Assembly: GCF_035084215.1 (NCBI RefSeq)
Contig: NC_090346.1
Coordinates: 18,414,001-18,478,000, forward strand
DNA from: Heptranchias perlo
Lineage: Eukaryota
Reading direction: 5' to 3'
Length of the DNA stretch: 64,000 nucleotides
Below, in pieces: positions 46,879 through 60,054 of this stretch. Both the position numbers and the translations under genes were made by a program. Position 1 is the stretch's first letter. Each line of letters opens with the position of its first letter. Under the pieces are notes generated by a model that was not told where the DNA came from, ran no database searches, and worked only from the letters and a program-made list of their open reading frames with translations.

Positions 46879-47772
46879 GTTGTGGTAGTTTGAGCAGAGT
46901 ATCATATAAGCCGTGCATTGTTCAGCATTAATGAGTATTGCAGTGTAATATTTCCCTATGGTTTGTTGGCGCTGATACATTAATCGAGCCCGGTGACTGC
47001 ACGACCTGGCTCTGCCTTGTTTGTACGTGGTTTCATTACACTGATTCTTTATTTCCACAATATTCACTTCTCTATTAGTTTTCTTCCTCTGTTCACATAT
47101 AGCTGTCTCCCCAGAGACCTAGCCAGTGGGAGCTGTGACTGGCTCTTCAGGGTCTGCTCTGGGTCCTGAGCTCTCTGCGATGAGCTAATGAATGTTAACA
47201 CGTGTCTGAACTGTTGGTCGTCGTTCCAACAACCAGGTGTGTCTGGCAGTGTGCGTAGGTACATCTTATGTGCAGCTGTCACTTAGCCATAAGACTTGCT
47301 CAGCTATAAAACAGGCAACAGAGCAATGGGAGAGACAGGTTCAGATAAATCCTTTAATGCTGTACAGGACCTTTAGGAATACTGAAGATTGGTTAAAATT
47401 TAACGCCGATAGCTGCTGCTGACTTTGGTTTTACTTTTAAAATTCAAATATAATAAATCAAGACTTCCTTTTCCAGAGAAGTTGGTTTGTTTTCATGGAG
47501 TTGTTCAATCTGGAATTGTGATTCCCTACCGATATACTGTTTCTCACATGTTTAGCACATAGATCCCATCCCAGTGTGGAATATTTTCGGTGAGGGAATG
47601 AAATAAACTCGTAATCCGTGTCAGCTCTCCCAACTTTATGTAGGAATAGGAGGCCATTCAGCCCCTTGAGCCTGTTCTGCCATTCAGTGAGATCGTAGCT
47701 GATCTGTACATCAACTCCGTTTACCCATCTTGTATAGTAACAGTTTCAACAGAAGATTTTCAGCCTATCTAG

Positions 47773-48469
47773 CCCACCTAGCCCACGGTATTCCCTTCGG
47801 CCCACCTAGCCCACGGTATTCCCTTCGGCCCACCTAGCCCACGGTATTCCCTTCGGCCCACCTAGCCCACGGTATTCCCTTCGGCCCACCTAGCCCACGG
47901 TATTCCCTTCGGCCCACCTAGCCCACGGTATTCCCTTCGGCCCACCTAGCCCACGGTATTCCCTTCGGCCCACCTAGCCCACGGTATTCCCTTCGGCCCA
48001 CCTAGCCCACGGTATTCCCTTCGGCCCACCTAGCCCACGGTATTCCCTTCGGCCCACCTAGCCCACGGTATTCCCTTCGGCCCACCTAGCCCACGGTATT
48101 CCCTTCGGCCCACCTAGCCCACGGTATTCCCTTCGGCCCACCTAGCCCACGGTATTCCCTTCGGCCCACCTAGCCCACGGTATTCCCTTCGGCCCACCTA
48201 GCCCACGGTATTCCCTTCGGCCCACCTAGCCCACGGTATTCCCTTCGGCCCACCTAGCCCACGGTATTCCCTTCGGCCCACCTAGCCCACGGTATTCCCT
48301 TCGGCCCACCTAGCCCACGGTATTCCCTTCGGCCCACCTAGCCCACGGTATTCCCTTCGGCCCACCTAGCCCACGGTATTCCCTTCGGCCCACCTAGCCC
48401 ACGGTATTCCCTTCGGCCCACCTAGCCCACGGTATTCCCTTCGGCCCACCTAGCCCACGGTATTCCCTT
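47773..48469. repeat. Perfect 28-bp VNTR (cccacctagcccacggtattcccttcgg), ~25 copies
   Basis: Lines 47941 and 48361 start identically, 420 bp (15 x 28) apart; no variant units seen. Confidence 0.97.
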
Positions 48470-49635
48470 GGTGCATTTCTAATAACCCTGAATCCCATTT
48501 AGGAATGAGACCTGACTGGTTATTTCTTGAAATCCATCAAGATTTTACCTTTATTGGAGGTCACAGCAATACACAGTTTCCGCAGGCAGACTTGCACCTC
48601 CTGTAATCAGACCTTGTGTGTTATGGACAGGTGTAGCATGCCACAGAATTAGCAATGAACCTTTTTGCAGTTGTTTCATACCAGAGGTTACACTGACTGC
48701 CCATTGTGCAGTCCTCTCCAATCCTCATTCAGACTGACACCAGTAATTTATGTGCACTTTTAATTACACAGAAGACAAAGGAATACAGCAGAATAATTAG
48801 CAAAAGAATGCTCGATTTGTACATTACCTTGAACTGTTTTCAAAATAGTGTCCAAGATCTTAATTCTTTTCAGAATCTTTTAACTGTAATAAGTTAAATG
48901 TATTATGATTTATAGCAATTAGTGTTAATTGTATTCAGGTGGTGTGTGTCAATTGGGGACTGTCTTATATCCTTTTTATAGGAGAGCTTATCTAGGGTGT
49001 GGTATGTGTGTAAGGGGGATCTCTGAATAAAGGCTTGGAAGCAACTGAAGACCAGGCTCTCGTATTCTGTCCTTCACCACTTGGCTGTCCAATTTATAAC
49101 AATGAGGGCAGTTGTTTCTTGGAGCTGATAAACTCAAATAGAGCAGGCCAGCCTTCCATAGCAATCAGAACACTTCCCTGATATTCAATCAACTCATAGT
49201 CTTTAGCTCTTACATTATGTAGAGATAGAATCTTCTCTTTCTCATTTATTTATAATTACTTTGTTAATATTTATAAGTGAGTTTTATTGCAACAGATTTG
49301 CTATGTTTTTGGGAGAAGGCCTTTGTGACAATTTAATGGGTCTCTTGACCTATCAAGCTCATAACCATTGTGATCAGTTTTGTTTCTTTTGACACACTGA
49401 AATTGGTAGCCTTCTCTGGAACGGGCTGTCCTGTCCTTTGTGTGGTAAACTGAAGGACAATGTGTTCTACTATTACATCACGTTGACTGGATAGTATAGA
49501 TTCATGTGTGCGGTCTCTAGTATCCATTTATGGAGCTGGTGAATACCCATTCCTGGGAGAGTAGAGATTGTGGTGAAGCCGAAGACACTCCATGTCAGAG
49601 CAGCTGATATGTGAACAGAGCACATGCTTAAGATA

Positions 49636-49753
49636 GGCCAGAGCTGGAGCATTGCTGTAAGGAGAGATGTCCATTGGCCAGAGCTGGAGCATTGCTGTAA
49701 GGAAAGGTGTCCATTGGCCGGAGCTGGAGCATTGCTGTAGGGAGATGTCCATT
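49636..49753. repeat. 40-bp tandem repeat x3 (ggccagagctggagcattgctgtaaggagagatgtccatt)
   Basis: Units start at 49636, 49676 and 49716. Confidence 0.9.
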
Positions 49754-52700
49754 CCCTATTTGGAAGTAAGGGATTACTAAATGTAGATGGTCATTCTCTT
49801 GAAGGGTTGGGTGATAATACGAGAGCCAAATATGCCAATGGTGGATGGAAACTGACCTGGGGCAGATGATGCTGATGCTGCCCTGATTTACGGGGATCTT
49901 CCAATACAATCGGATAGTGGTCTTGCTGTTGGGATGGTGCAAAAAGACCGAATATGGCTACGAAAACCAGAATACTGTTTTCATGTTACAAAATGCCATA
50001 CAAAGGGGCTAGCATGAGGTTAGATCTTACTAAGGGTATAATGAAGATGCTTTGTTTTGGATTGTGTCATCCTGATGATGCAGACAACAATTTGCATTTA
50101 TATAGCGCCTTTAATGTAGAAAAACGTCCCAAAGTGCTTCACAGGAGCGATTATCAAACAAAATTTGATACCGAGCCACATAAGGTGATATTGAGACAGG
50201 AAAGAGGTAGGTTTTTAGGAGCATCTTAAAGGAGAGAGGGGTTTAGGGAGGGAATTCCAGACCTTAGGGCCTAGACGGCTGAAAGCATAGCCGTCAATGG
50301 TGGAGTGATTAAAATTGGGGATGCACAAGAGGCAAGAATTGGATCTGTGAGGGTTTGACCAAACTTTTGGTCACCTGTCTTAATATAAATGCAAGTTGTT
50401 GTTGGTTGTAGGGATGTAGACACCCAATGAGGTCAACTGCTAGCTAGTTGTGATAGCAGAGATGTCTACATGACTTCTGAACTGGCCAAGATCTGTTCTA
50501 GCTATTGATACCATGTGTGAGGTGCCATTGAGACACACTTGGCCCTCAAACCATTCGGTCTCATTCCATCACTACCTGTGTTATCACCACTGCCAAATGC
50601 ACTAGTGAGTACATGGATTATCTCAGTTTATGCTGAGATTGATAAGTTAACTAAACTCCTGAGAGGATTGCCCTGAGGTTGTTGCAGGAGGAAACCACTC
50701 TGACAGCTCCTCCCCGCCCTGAAACCTCTATCACTGAAAAGGACAAGAGCACCAATATCAAGGGAACACCATCCTGACAGACTTGTATCATCTTGCTGCG
50801 TCAATGTCCTGGAATTCCCTACATAACAGCATGGACTGAGTTGGTTCAAGAAGGCGGCCCACCACAACCTTCTCGGCAACTAGGGATGGGCAATAAATGT
50901 CGGCCTTGCCAGTGACGCGCACATCTCAAGAACAAATTTAGAAAGATCTGCACCACAGAGACCAAACAGACTTTGATCAGTTATAGTTTATTGATCAGTG
51001 ATTCATATTAGTTGTGCATTCAAATTGAACAGACAAATCAAAGTGCTGTTACTGTGGGACATTTAAATAGTGGTTTCTGTTCAAAACTTTAGTCACATCT
51101 GGACTTCATTTGTGTAATTGGCTGTGGCCATTCTGTCCTCTGTAGGGTTTCTCAAAGAACAGTTACTTTGTAGGGATTGTTTATCAGTAAACTAGCATAT
51201 CTTCCCTGGCATTGCTCACGGTTAATCCATAATATGCTGTTTTATAAGGACAGGTGTGTTATATCATGTAATGTACCTATTATTCTGCTACTAAGGTGGA
51301 CCTGTGTCTTTAAACCCAAAAAGTTTAATTATTATAAATCTCAGGTCACTCAGTTTAATTGTTTGTCCAGGGGTGGTTACTTTGTGCAATATGTATGTTT
51401 GTTTTATTGCAGGTCCTGAGTACTCAGGATTAATTAACTGGCTTTTTAAAGAATTTCTGTGGCTACAGTGCAATCATAGTGTTAGTTCTTAAAAAAAAAA
51501 CACACCCTCCTCCATCTAGCATAGACAATAAACAAAACATCCACTACAGCCCTGGAGAAAACAACTTATTTTTAGAGTTAGGGAGTATTTATTATAAAGT
51601 TGTAATTTGGGAGTCCACAGCCTCCTCCCCCTCCCCACCTGAAGTAGCAGCAACAGTTAAAAATGCAAAGGCGTCCTCGTTTATCTCTGCTGCAGCTTAC
51701 TGATGTGTGTTATACTAGCACCGTCAGGGTAGAGTGGAAGACTTGTTAACACCACGTATGGGTGCTACAACTGGACTTTGGCCCTGGGCTAGAGAGTGGC
51801 AAAATTTGCTGCTGGTCACTATCCAGTGACGGCTGTTGGAAAGTGGCCGTGAGGCGATAGTGGGTGATGACAGAATTTGGCTGTGATATCTCTAAGGTTG
51901 AATTCCACTCTCGTTTTCTCAGCTTACGTAAACAATGGTGATTTAGGCAAAGTACAGGAGGATCCAGTGTCGCAGAACCATACCCTCACATGAATACGCC
52001 TTCAGGAGGGCAAAAACTTGGTGTGCAGGGAAGAATAAGTGTCCTGTGGATGACTTTGGGAGCAGAGTTGTAAAAGTTCTTGAGCTGGACAGTGTGAGTA
52101 ATGCTGAATTACCCTCAACTTAATGTCTATGGCTGTTAATAACACTGCTCCCCATACTCGTCGAACCTGCTGTCTTCAGTACCATCATCAGCACTCTCTT
52201 TTAAACACAAAGGATGGAATTAGAATTCCCTGTGCAGACACAAGCTGATCTGTGATTCTGCAGGATCCTCTATTACCAGGCCCAGTGTGAACCTGGACAG
52301 TGAGTGTTTTTAGCAGCTATTTGATTGTGCAGGCTATGCACAACAGAAGGAGACCCATCCCGCCCATCGTGCTGGCTCTGTGAAAGAGCTATCCAATTAG
52401 TCCCATTCCACAGCTCTTTTCTCCCATAGCCCTGCAATTTTTTTTCTTTAAGTATTTATCCAATTCCCTTTTGAAACTTACTATTGAATCCGGTTCCATC
52501 ATCCTTTCAGGCAGCGCAGTCCAGATCATAAATCGCTGCATGAAAAAATTTCTCCTTATCACCCCCCAGGTTCTTTTTTGAAGCTGATTGTGCCCTCACC
52601 CAGTGTCCACGCTTGCAGTTTACAGCAGGGGACCCTGGATAGTGATCAGAATTAGGAACCCTCTCCTGCTCATTGCTGGGAACAATCATCTTTTAAATGA

Positions 52701-52789
52701 GGTCCTGACTAGACTAAACCTGCATTGTATGTGTATTTTAAAGTTCTAAAATTCTGGTTTAAATACATAAAATTACCACAGGTAGAAGA

Positions 52790-53137
52790 AAATGAGAGAA
52801 TACACAATCGAAACACTACAAGGGTAACTCAGAGGGTAGTAGGTCTGTGGAATTTGCTGCCCCAGGAAGCTACATCATTAAATAAATTTTAAAACAGAAA
52901 TAGACAGTTTCCTAGAAGTAAAGGAAATTAGGGGGCAGGAAATTGGATATGAAGCTGAGTTCGGATCGGTCAAGGCCCTGTGGGTGGTGGAGCGGGCCCA
53001 GTGGCTGAGTGGCCGGGTCCTGCTCCTACTTCTTGTGTTCTTTAGATTTGAGGTTAGGATCAGATCAGCCATGATCTTATTGAATGGCGGAGCAGGCTCG
53101 AGGGGCCGATTGGCCTACTCCTATTTCTTATGTTCTT
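52790..53137 (+). mobile_element. CR1 3' end fragment (another, opposite-strand fragment lies at ~52350-52570)
   Basis: cagagggtagtaggtctgtggaatt...gatcagccatgatcttattgaatggcggagcaggctcgaggggcc...ttcttatgttctta. Confidence 0.75.
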
Positions 53138-53849
53138 AGCGGTCTCCATGCATTGTGTAATAACAGTATATAGATATTAACCCCTTAAGAACTGCAGTAC
53201 TTTTCAGATGTCCATTTGCAACCAGCCAATTTTTAATTAAAGATTGTTTTGTTGGCTTTAGCTGACATTCAGGACCCCATCGATTTGGGGAGTGGGGATG
53301 AACTGTTGAATTCAGTGTTAAATAACACCAGCTGCATTCATTAGAGCAGAAATAGCAGGGGAGAAAATGACAGAAACGGCTACTTGGATTTAATGAGGAG
53401 TAACAGCAGTGGGGAATGAGATTGCCAAAACACCAGTGAAAATCCTGGAATCCCACACACCAAACACGCAATTTGATTTATTCCATAAAAGTGACTCATT
53501 ACAGCTGATTAAAACTCTGAACAGCGTTGTGCCCAGTTAAAATATAGACTGGGGTTGGTGAAGGGTCAAAAAGCAGGGAAGTTAGATTGGGATATTAGGC
53601 GAGGAATCAACTCTAAAGCAAGAGCGTAGAAGCCCCTCTGCTGAACTGGGGCATAATCGCTTGGGAATTCAAGCTCTACTTCCCTGTAGTTTTGAAACAG
53701 GCCTAACACACAGATCTGCATTCTGCAGCAGTGAAGAGGAACCACTGCAAGTCCACCTGGGCTCAATGTATGGAGCCTGCAATACACTAACCTCTTAATC
53801 TGCAGCAGTTCTCAAGGTGGAGATACAGGTGAAGGGGAAAGAAAGAAGG

Positions 53850-54265
53850 ACTTTCACAACCTCGACGTCCCAAAGCGCTTCACAGCCAATGAAGCACTTT
53901 GAGGTGCAGTCACTGTTGTAATGTAGGAAAAACAACAGCCAATTTGAGCACAGCACGGTCCCACAAACAGCAATGTAATAATGACCAGATCATCTGTTTT
54001 AGTGATGTTGGTTGAGAGATAAATATTGACCGGGACAGCAAGGAGAACTCCCCTGCTTTTCAAAGTAGTGCCATGAGATATTTTAAATTCCTGAGGGGGC
54101 AGACAGGGCCTTGGTTTATCTGAAAGATGTCACCTCTGACAGTGCAGCACTCCCTCAGTACTAGAGAGTCAGCCTAGATTATGTGCACAGATCTCAAGAC
54201 TTGAACCCACAACCTTCTGACTCAGGAAATAAGAGTGCTACCACTGAGCCATGGCTGACACCAAA
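53850..54265 (-). mobile_element. Near-complete Deu-domain SINE with a tRNA-like head
   Basis: Minus-strand head ggtgtcagccatggctcagtggtagcac...ggttgtgggttcaagtc (A/B boxes), followed by the Deu core and tail. Confidence 0.7.
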
Positions 54266-56313
54266 GTAACTGCGTGTTTTCCATAGTTAAAACCGACAGG
54301 TTACAAGTAGAAGTTACTAGTTACAGTAACACCTTCTGTTCTATTGGGGGTTGTATGTTCAACTTTAAATAGCAGGATAGGCTGGTAAAATATTAGAAAG
54401 TCTTAATGTTTATATCGACATTTTGTTGCTACTTTGTAGAAAGTTACAGCCTGTGTAGATGCATTCGAGCCTGTAGGTGATGGGGTAGGAAGTCTGTCAG
54501 CCAAGGTTTTTCCTCTCGAGCTGGTGACAGGGTGGAAAGTGGATATCATATTAGGTGTGACTGATGCTCCTGTGGTTAAATTGCCTACAACTATCCTGGG
54601 GGCCTGTTTGTCTGTCCATCATGGGCTGGGAATGAACCATAGGAGAGAAGGGGGCAAAAGAAAGGACTTATAAAAACATGACCAGTGAAATCTTCAAGCA
54701 CCAGAGCAAACTTACATCATGATCTGGAATAAAACACTTGAGCCTGTCCTCAGCATGCCTATTTTTAATTTGAGACGTTAGTCACAGCGTGTCGTAGGGC
54801 CTACAAAGAGCAGCAACCATCTTGAAATGGAAGCACCTCAAAAGCTGACCAGTCACAGATCCAGTTTACAGGATTAGCCATGTGAGAGATCTGCATCATT
54901 CTGCATTAGTTCTGATAATTCACCCCTGCTTTATTTTTACTTTTCATGTTAAGCATTTAAAATTACTGTAACTTGCAGGTATATCAGATGAAGGATATTG
55001 AATTATCTCCTGTGGGAATTTTTTTCAAATAAAAGCTTTTCAGGAAGCTCACGGCAACTCATAGAAATCAACAGCGAGCTATTCAAGTTATGATTTAACA
55101 TTTACACTAATGTGCATGAAATTCCTTCAACCGGTAGGTCATCTCACAAACATTTAAACTGCATTGGGTGCCTACTTTTAATGAACAGCAGTATTCAAGA
55201 CAGGCTGAGGACACCACAGCTCACTTCCCCCCGCATCTCTTAGGTTCAGCCGCTGCTCCTCCAGTCACTAGGCCTCCATTCACAAGCTGGGATTTAACAC
55301 TCTTGCCTTTTGCTGTCAGAAAGGGGACAAGCTCACTGCAGGGCCCAGGCCTAGGGTTTGATTTCACCGCAGGGTCCAGGCCCAGGCCTAGGGTTCAAGC
55401 TCACTGCAGGGCCCAGGCCCAGCAGTTTCCCCATCTCTGGGAGCGTCCAATCTCCACTGGACACCTGGCCAGGAAGGGACATTTAAAGTCAGGAGCTGAC
55501 TGTGTGGGAGTCACAATTTCCATCTTACTGTGCTGCAATGTATTGGGAGTGGCCCTTAAGCTGCCCAGGATCGTGGTCCTGTCCCGGATTGTCCAGGTTA
55601 ATCCAACCCTAGCTCAGCATGATCTTACTTTTCAGAACTCTGACGGGCTTCCTCTGTGTAGGGCCCCTGTGGCCGTGGATCCTGATTGGTGAAGACATGC
55701 TGACATTTTTCACACTACCAAGCCAATGTAAACTTCTCTTATAATCAGGAACTTTTTCTCCTGACGAGTGCCTAAAACTGTCACTAGTCAAAACCTCTCT
55801 GGCTGTAGCATCAGTTTGCACTGAAGCAACACGTAGGAACTTTCACAATGAGATAACTTGCTGATCAGATGAAAAAGTGAAATCTTTTTAAAAAAAAAAA
55901 TAAACAGCCACGTAGACCAGAAAGATCCCAGATTGGATTTCTAGTCCATGCTGAGTTAGCTGATCAATAATTGGCCTCAGTATCTCGGACTGATTGCTGT
56001 CCAGTGACCCAGAGCTGGCAAGAGTAGGTTTGCAGGCATCTTATGAGGCCAGGATCGGCCTCTCAAGATATACAACCTGCTGACATACACTGTAGACTCA
56101 CAGATAAAGTGCAGCCCTTTGGGTGAGGAATTGAGGGCAGTGGCTAATATCCGATAGATGACCAGGGACTGGTATCAGAGATCACTGGTGTGCTTCTTTT
56201 AAACCAATCAACTACAATTTAAAGATCAGCACTCCCAATTCGGTAGGTTTTTTTTAAACACAAATTTGAAGGTACTGTACAAAAGATGACTGGCCACACT
56301 GCACTCCCCTCAG

Positions 56314-57368
56314 TTACTGATGGAACAAAATGTCTGAGTGTGATACGGCGCAGTACAGTGTGTAACCAATCCCATCGACTTCCTCCTCCGATAGATCGGC
56401 CAACAGATTCACCTTGCTGTTAAAGTAGGCGGGTAGACTGCCCTGCTCCAAGTAATCGATCAACAGTGTCAGTATTTGCAGGAACCGCTCAGCCAGTACC
56501 TCCTTGGACCAGTCCTTTTCCACTTCACTCAGGTGCAGGATTACGTTGGTCAGCTGGCTGCCCGTCAGCTTCCTCAGTGAAGGCTGGTCCCTACAGACAG
56601 CTTTCAGCACCTTCAAGCAGCAGAATCTGAAACCCAGGTCGTTGCGGTCCAAGGATCGCAACCTGCTAGTCTCAGCAGCCCAGAAACTCTGCTGCCATGT
56701 ATTTACAAAATTTCCCCTTATTTGAGGTTTGAAAATGAGTACGGTCTCCTCCATTTTAATCATGGGAAGGATATCGATACACAAGAGTTTCTCCCCATCG
56801 TGCTGAACCGCCAACTGCAGGATGTCGGAGGAAACCGCAGGCCGAATGATGCAGTCCAGTAAAGTACCAATCACCGGCCAATTCATGCTCTCCATCACCG
56901 TCTTATGGAACAACTCGACGATTAATTTTGATGACAGATATGTTCCCACAATAAATCGATCCCAATAACTGATACCCCGGGGGAAATACTCCATGTTATC
57001 TCTCCGGACCATCCTCAGCTCAGGAACATTCAATATGGTTTCCTCCCCTGCGACGAGCGTCCACAGTTTGTCCTCGAGCAGCAGTGGCATCATCAGGCAA
57101 ACGTGGTCAGGGGCCACCATTTGGAGCTCGTTGTACAGACTCCCGCTGAGTTGCATGTCTCCCACGGGCATGTCTGGGTGTTTACTGCGAAGGAATTTCT
57201 GCAGCTCAGCGCAAATGTCCATTGCGCACTGCTTGGCTTGGCTTAGCTCTGCAGGGGGGATGGATCGGTGTGTGTAATAGGCTAAAAGCTTCTCCTGCAG
57301 AGTGACGCAGAGGTTAGCTTTATTGCTCTCAGGTACCGTGCTCTCCATTAAAATATATTGGCAATCCC
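56314..57368 (-). CDS. MIEF2: MIEF2 (MiD49, mitochondrial Drp1 receptor) last coding exon, nucleotidyltransferase-fold/Mab-21-like domain
   Basis: ttctag| acceptor at 57369-57370 (phase 1). TLQEKLLAYY, AKQCAMDICAEL, LSGSLY..LQ....DH, YFPRG.SYWDRF.VG.YLS and AERFLQ motifs; TAA at 56314-56316. Synteny with TOP3A and FLII indicates MIEF2 rather than MIEF1. Confidence 0.93.
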
Positions 57369-57510
57369 CTAGAAAATAAAATCAAAGTATTCATAGAAGT
57401 TAACTGGAGAGCATTAAAAAAAGATTGAACTTGTTTGTGAATTTTATGCTCATCAAGATGAGGAATGTCGTTTCTTTGAAGCAGAACTTATACACCCAGG
57501 GGCAGCAAAA

Positions 57511-57620
57511 GCACGGGTTAGATACAGAGTAAAGCTCCCTCTACACTATCCCATCAAACACTCCCAGGGCAGGTACAGCACGGGTTAGTTACAGAGTAAA
57601 GCTCCCTCTACACTGTCCTA
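57511..57620. repeat. ~1.6 copies of a 67-bp satellite-like unit (gcacgggttagatacagagtaaagctccctctacact...)
   Basis: Unit starts at 57511 and 57578. Confidence 0.8.
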
Positions 57621-57928
57621 ACAATGTGGATTAAACAGATCCTCGAAAAGCACTCCCTGTTGTAGAGGGAAATTTCTAGTTCCGTGGATCAAACCTGGTA
57701 TCTTCCCGGTTTAAACATGGCTCAGTGTCTTTACACTCACAGCTTTTGTTGAACACAATCCAAATGTTTATTGCAATTGATTTGATTTCTAAAGAACATT
57801 TTCAATGCTTGCACAGTGAGGGGAGAGCTAATTGACAGTGCAGTCCCTGAGGTTGGGGACAGGATGTGACTGATCCACTGGCTGGACACACAATGCTGAG
57901 AATCACAATCTAAGGAGCACAGCTTTAC

Positions 57929-58094
57929 CTGATTTATGGTTGGACTTTGCACTTGTCATTCTGTGCAGGGATTCGCTGATCTCTCTATTCAGCAATTTTG
58001 GGGATGCATCAATCCAGTGGGATTCTTTCTTTACTGGCTGCATGTCTGGCTTGTCCAGGGAGTTGTCTGGTGGATCACTGGCCTTGTCAAACAT
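57929..58094 (-). CDS. MIEF2: MIEF2 second coding exon (166 bp): MFDKASDPPDNSLDKPDMQPVKKESHWIDASPKLLNREISESLHRMTSAKSNHKS(G)
   Basis: gtgcag| acceptor and |gtaaag donor. Phase 0 to 1 joins both neighbours; the spliced CDS is 144+166+1055 = 1365 nt (454 aa). Confidence 0.88.
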
Positions 58095-58506
58095 CTGCAC
58101 AAATACAGAGGATCTCAACAGGTTTCTTTTGAAGTATTCCAGGTAAAAACTCAGCCATTAATAATTTAACAGACCTCAATCCGCACGGTCCGACAGGAGT
58201 CACTGCAGAGCAGCCAGGTTCCTGACTGAATTCCGCCCCACCCAACCCCCCAGGTCAAGGCCATAAAGGACAAATGGAGCAGCCACACTGACCTCCCCAC
58301 AACAGTGTGGCTGAGACTGAACCCATGTCCTACTGCTGCCTGGTGATCCGCCGGCCATCCATCCCCTTCAAACATAAACTCACTACAGCTGCAGTCACAT
58401 TGCTGCTGACGCACATTGAATTTCTGGAGTTTGTAAATTCTGTGCAGGCTGAACAGCCGCAATACAACACGAAACCCAATCAACAATCCCAGCAGCGCCA
58501 ACTCAC

Positions 58507-58650
58507 CCTTTTAACCGCTACTGTGGCAATGGCCAGTACAGCAGCTCCCCCGACACCCAGCACCAGCCGTGCATTTGCCAGGAGGAAATCGATGACATCT
58601 CCCAGTCCAATGTCCCTCCGCTTTCTGTTTCCTTGCACAATACCGGCCAT
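58507..58650 (-). CDS. MIEF2: MIEF2 first coding exon with transmembrane anchor: MAGIVQGNRKRRDIGLGDVIDFLLANARLVLGVGGAAVLAIATVAVKR
   Basis: tttcag|G ATG start and |gtgagt donor. The DFLLANARLVLGVGGAAVL.IAT.AVKR signature of MiD49/51 is present. Confidence 0.95.
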
Positions 58651-59632
58651 CCTGAAACAGCACTCTGATAAAAGTAAACATGCAAAAAATTACAATACAT
58701 TTTAAACCATAAACAATATTTTTCCTCAGTTCCCATCCCAATAGACGGATCAGGCACCAGGAGTCCTCACTTCATGAGTGAGCTGAGACAAAGAATGTTG
58801 ATAGGCTACTTGACTGCGGGAGGCACCACACCGATGCCTGATCCTGTCCTAACCTGACGAGCAGACACATATTAATAAAGGCATTCAGAACCCAGTGTGA
58901 AGAGTGTGAACCCATTACTGTGAAGTGCAGTCACTGTTGGCTTGTGGGTGGGAGTTGTTCCAAAGGGGCTGCATTGATGTTCACACCCTGCGCCAGGAGT
59001 CAATGGATAGCAATCGGGAACAGAAACCCTGGCTGATTTTTTTTTAAGTTGAAGGGCACGGAGGCCAAATGTACAATTTGCTGCCCAGCCCCTGTTTTCA
59101 AAGAGGATAGATATTCAGTTACTGGAGGGGGTACTGAGAAGGGTATTCAGTTAGTGGAGGGGCACAGAGAAGGGTATTCAGTTATTTAAGGGGGTACAGA
59201 AGGATATTCGGTTTTTGGGGTACAGAGAAGGAATGCACGGTTGATCCCACAATCTAAGAGAATGACGTATGGGGAAAGATTGACGACCCTGGGCCTTTTC
59301 TCTCTTTAAATTAACAACTGAGCTAGCATCAACTGGTGTTTGATCTACAACATTCTTTTGCAATACTATAAATGAGAATAATCAATATAAGCTAGAATAA
59401 TCAATGCTATAAATTAATAATAAAATTCAGAACACGTTTAAATTTTGCTTTTTTATGTGTATAACGTACGTTTTGCAATTATTTGTTTGAACTTGGGATG
59501 ATTGACAGGCGAGACCGGGAACAACAGCTGTCAATTATTCAGCGACCTTCAGCCGACCGCCGGGCCTATCAGGTTAAATGATTACAAACAGATAGCTTCA
59601 ACGCTAATATACCCAAGCTCTTGGTGTTTTAC

Positions 59633-59760
59633 CTCAGTGGTGTTGGCCGTCCTTTATCATTCTCCTTCTTTGCCCGTTCTTGGAGGAAAAACTATCTCCA
59701 CAGCAACCCTCGGCCGCACATTCCGCCCACAAACTGTGACTGACAGCTAGGCTGGCCAGT
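59633..59760 (-). other. MIEF2: Probable non-coding first exon of MIEF2 (upper boundary/TSS approximate)
   Basis: GAG|gtaaaa donor at 59632, at the edge of a CpG-containing promoter region. The first coding exon begins at an acceptor, so an upstream exon is required. Confidence 0.55.
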
Positions 59761-60054
59761 CACCGAGGTCTTTGCCCTTACGCACGTTATCCTTACGTAA
59801 AGCCTACCAATGGAGGGGCGAGGCAGTGTCATTACAGCCGGAGGCGAGAGGAGGGTCGCAACCTAACCTGATGACAATGCCGTTAACTTGATTGACGACA
59901 ATTTGAACCAATAATAATTCGTAATATCAGTAAGTGCCCGCCCAAATTACATATACCCACCAATGAAGAGTGGGAGGAAGGGCGGGACGGGCTATGGTAG
60001 GTTGAGGCAGCTGTTGATTCGCATATCGTCCTGCGGCTAACTGTCACCACTAAC
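59760..60054. promoter_or_regulatory. Putative bidirectional promoter shared by MIEF2 and FLII
   Basis: Locally CpG-enriched. CCAAT at 59807, 59908 and 59960; GC box gggcggg at 59980; TTACGTAA palindrome at 59793; lies between divergent gene starts. Confidence 0.7.

Noticed and set aside
47773-48469. 28-bp repeats as a CRISPR-like array or cUUCGg hairpin array
   Set aside because: There are no spacers, the context is eukaryotic, and the CTTCGG has only one closing pair, so no stem forms.
55168-55692. 174-aa + strand ORF downstream of and antisense to MIEF2
   Set aside because: Non-ATG start, includes a short ~30-bp tandem repeat (55340-55420) and an old repeat fragment, and shows no protein-family features.
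55760-55797. ctgacgagtg...cact..caaaac as another hammerhead (also ctgatga at ~59868)
   Set aside because: No GAAA box directly after a stem II and no stem I pairing.
56314-58650. Assignment to MIEF1 with an AltMiD51 uORF
   Set aside because: Synteny with TOP3A and FLII, the DFLLANARL/AAVL N-terminus and the 454-aa length favour MIEF2. No LYR-motif ORF was seen in the predicted leader exon.
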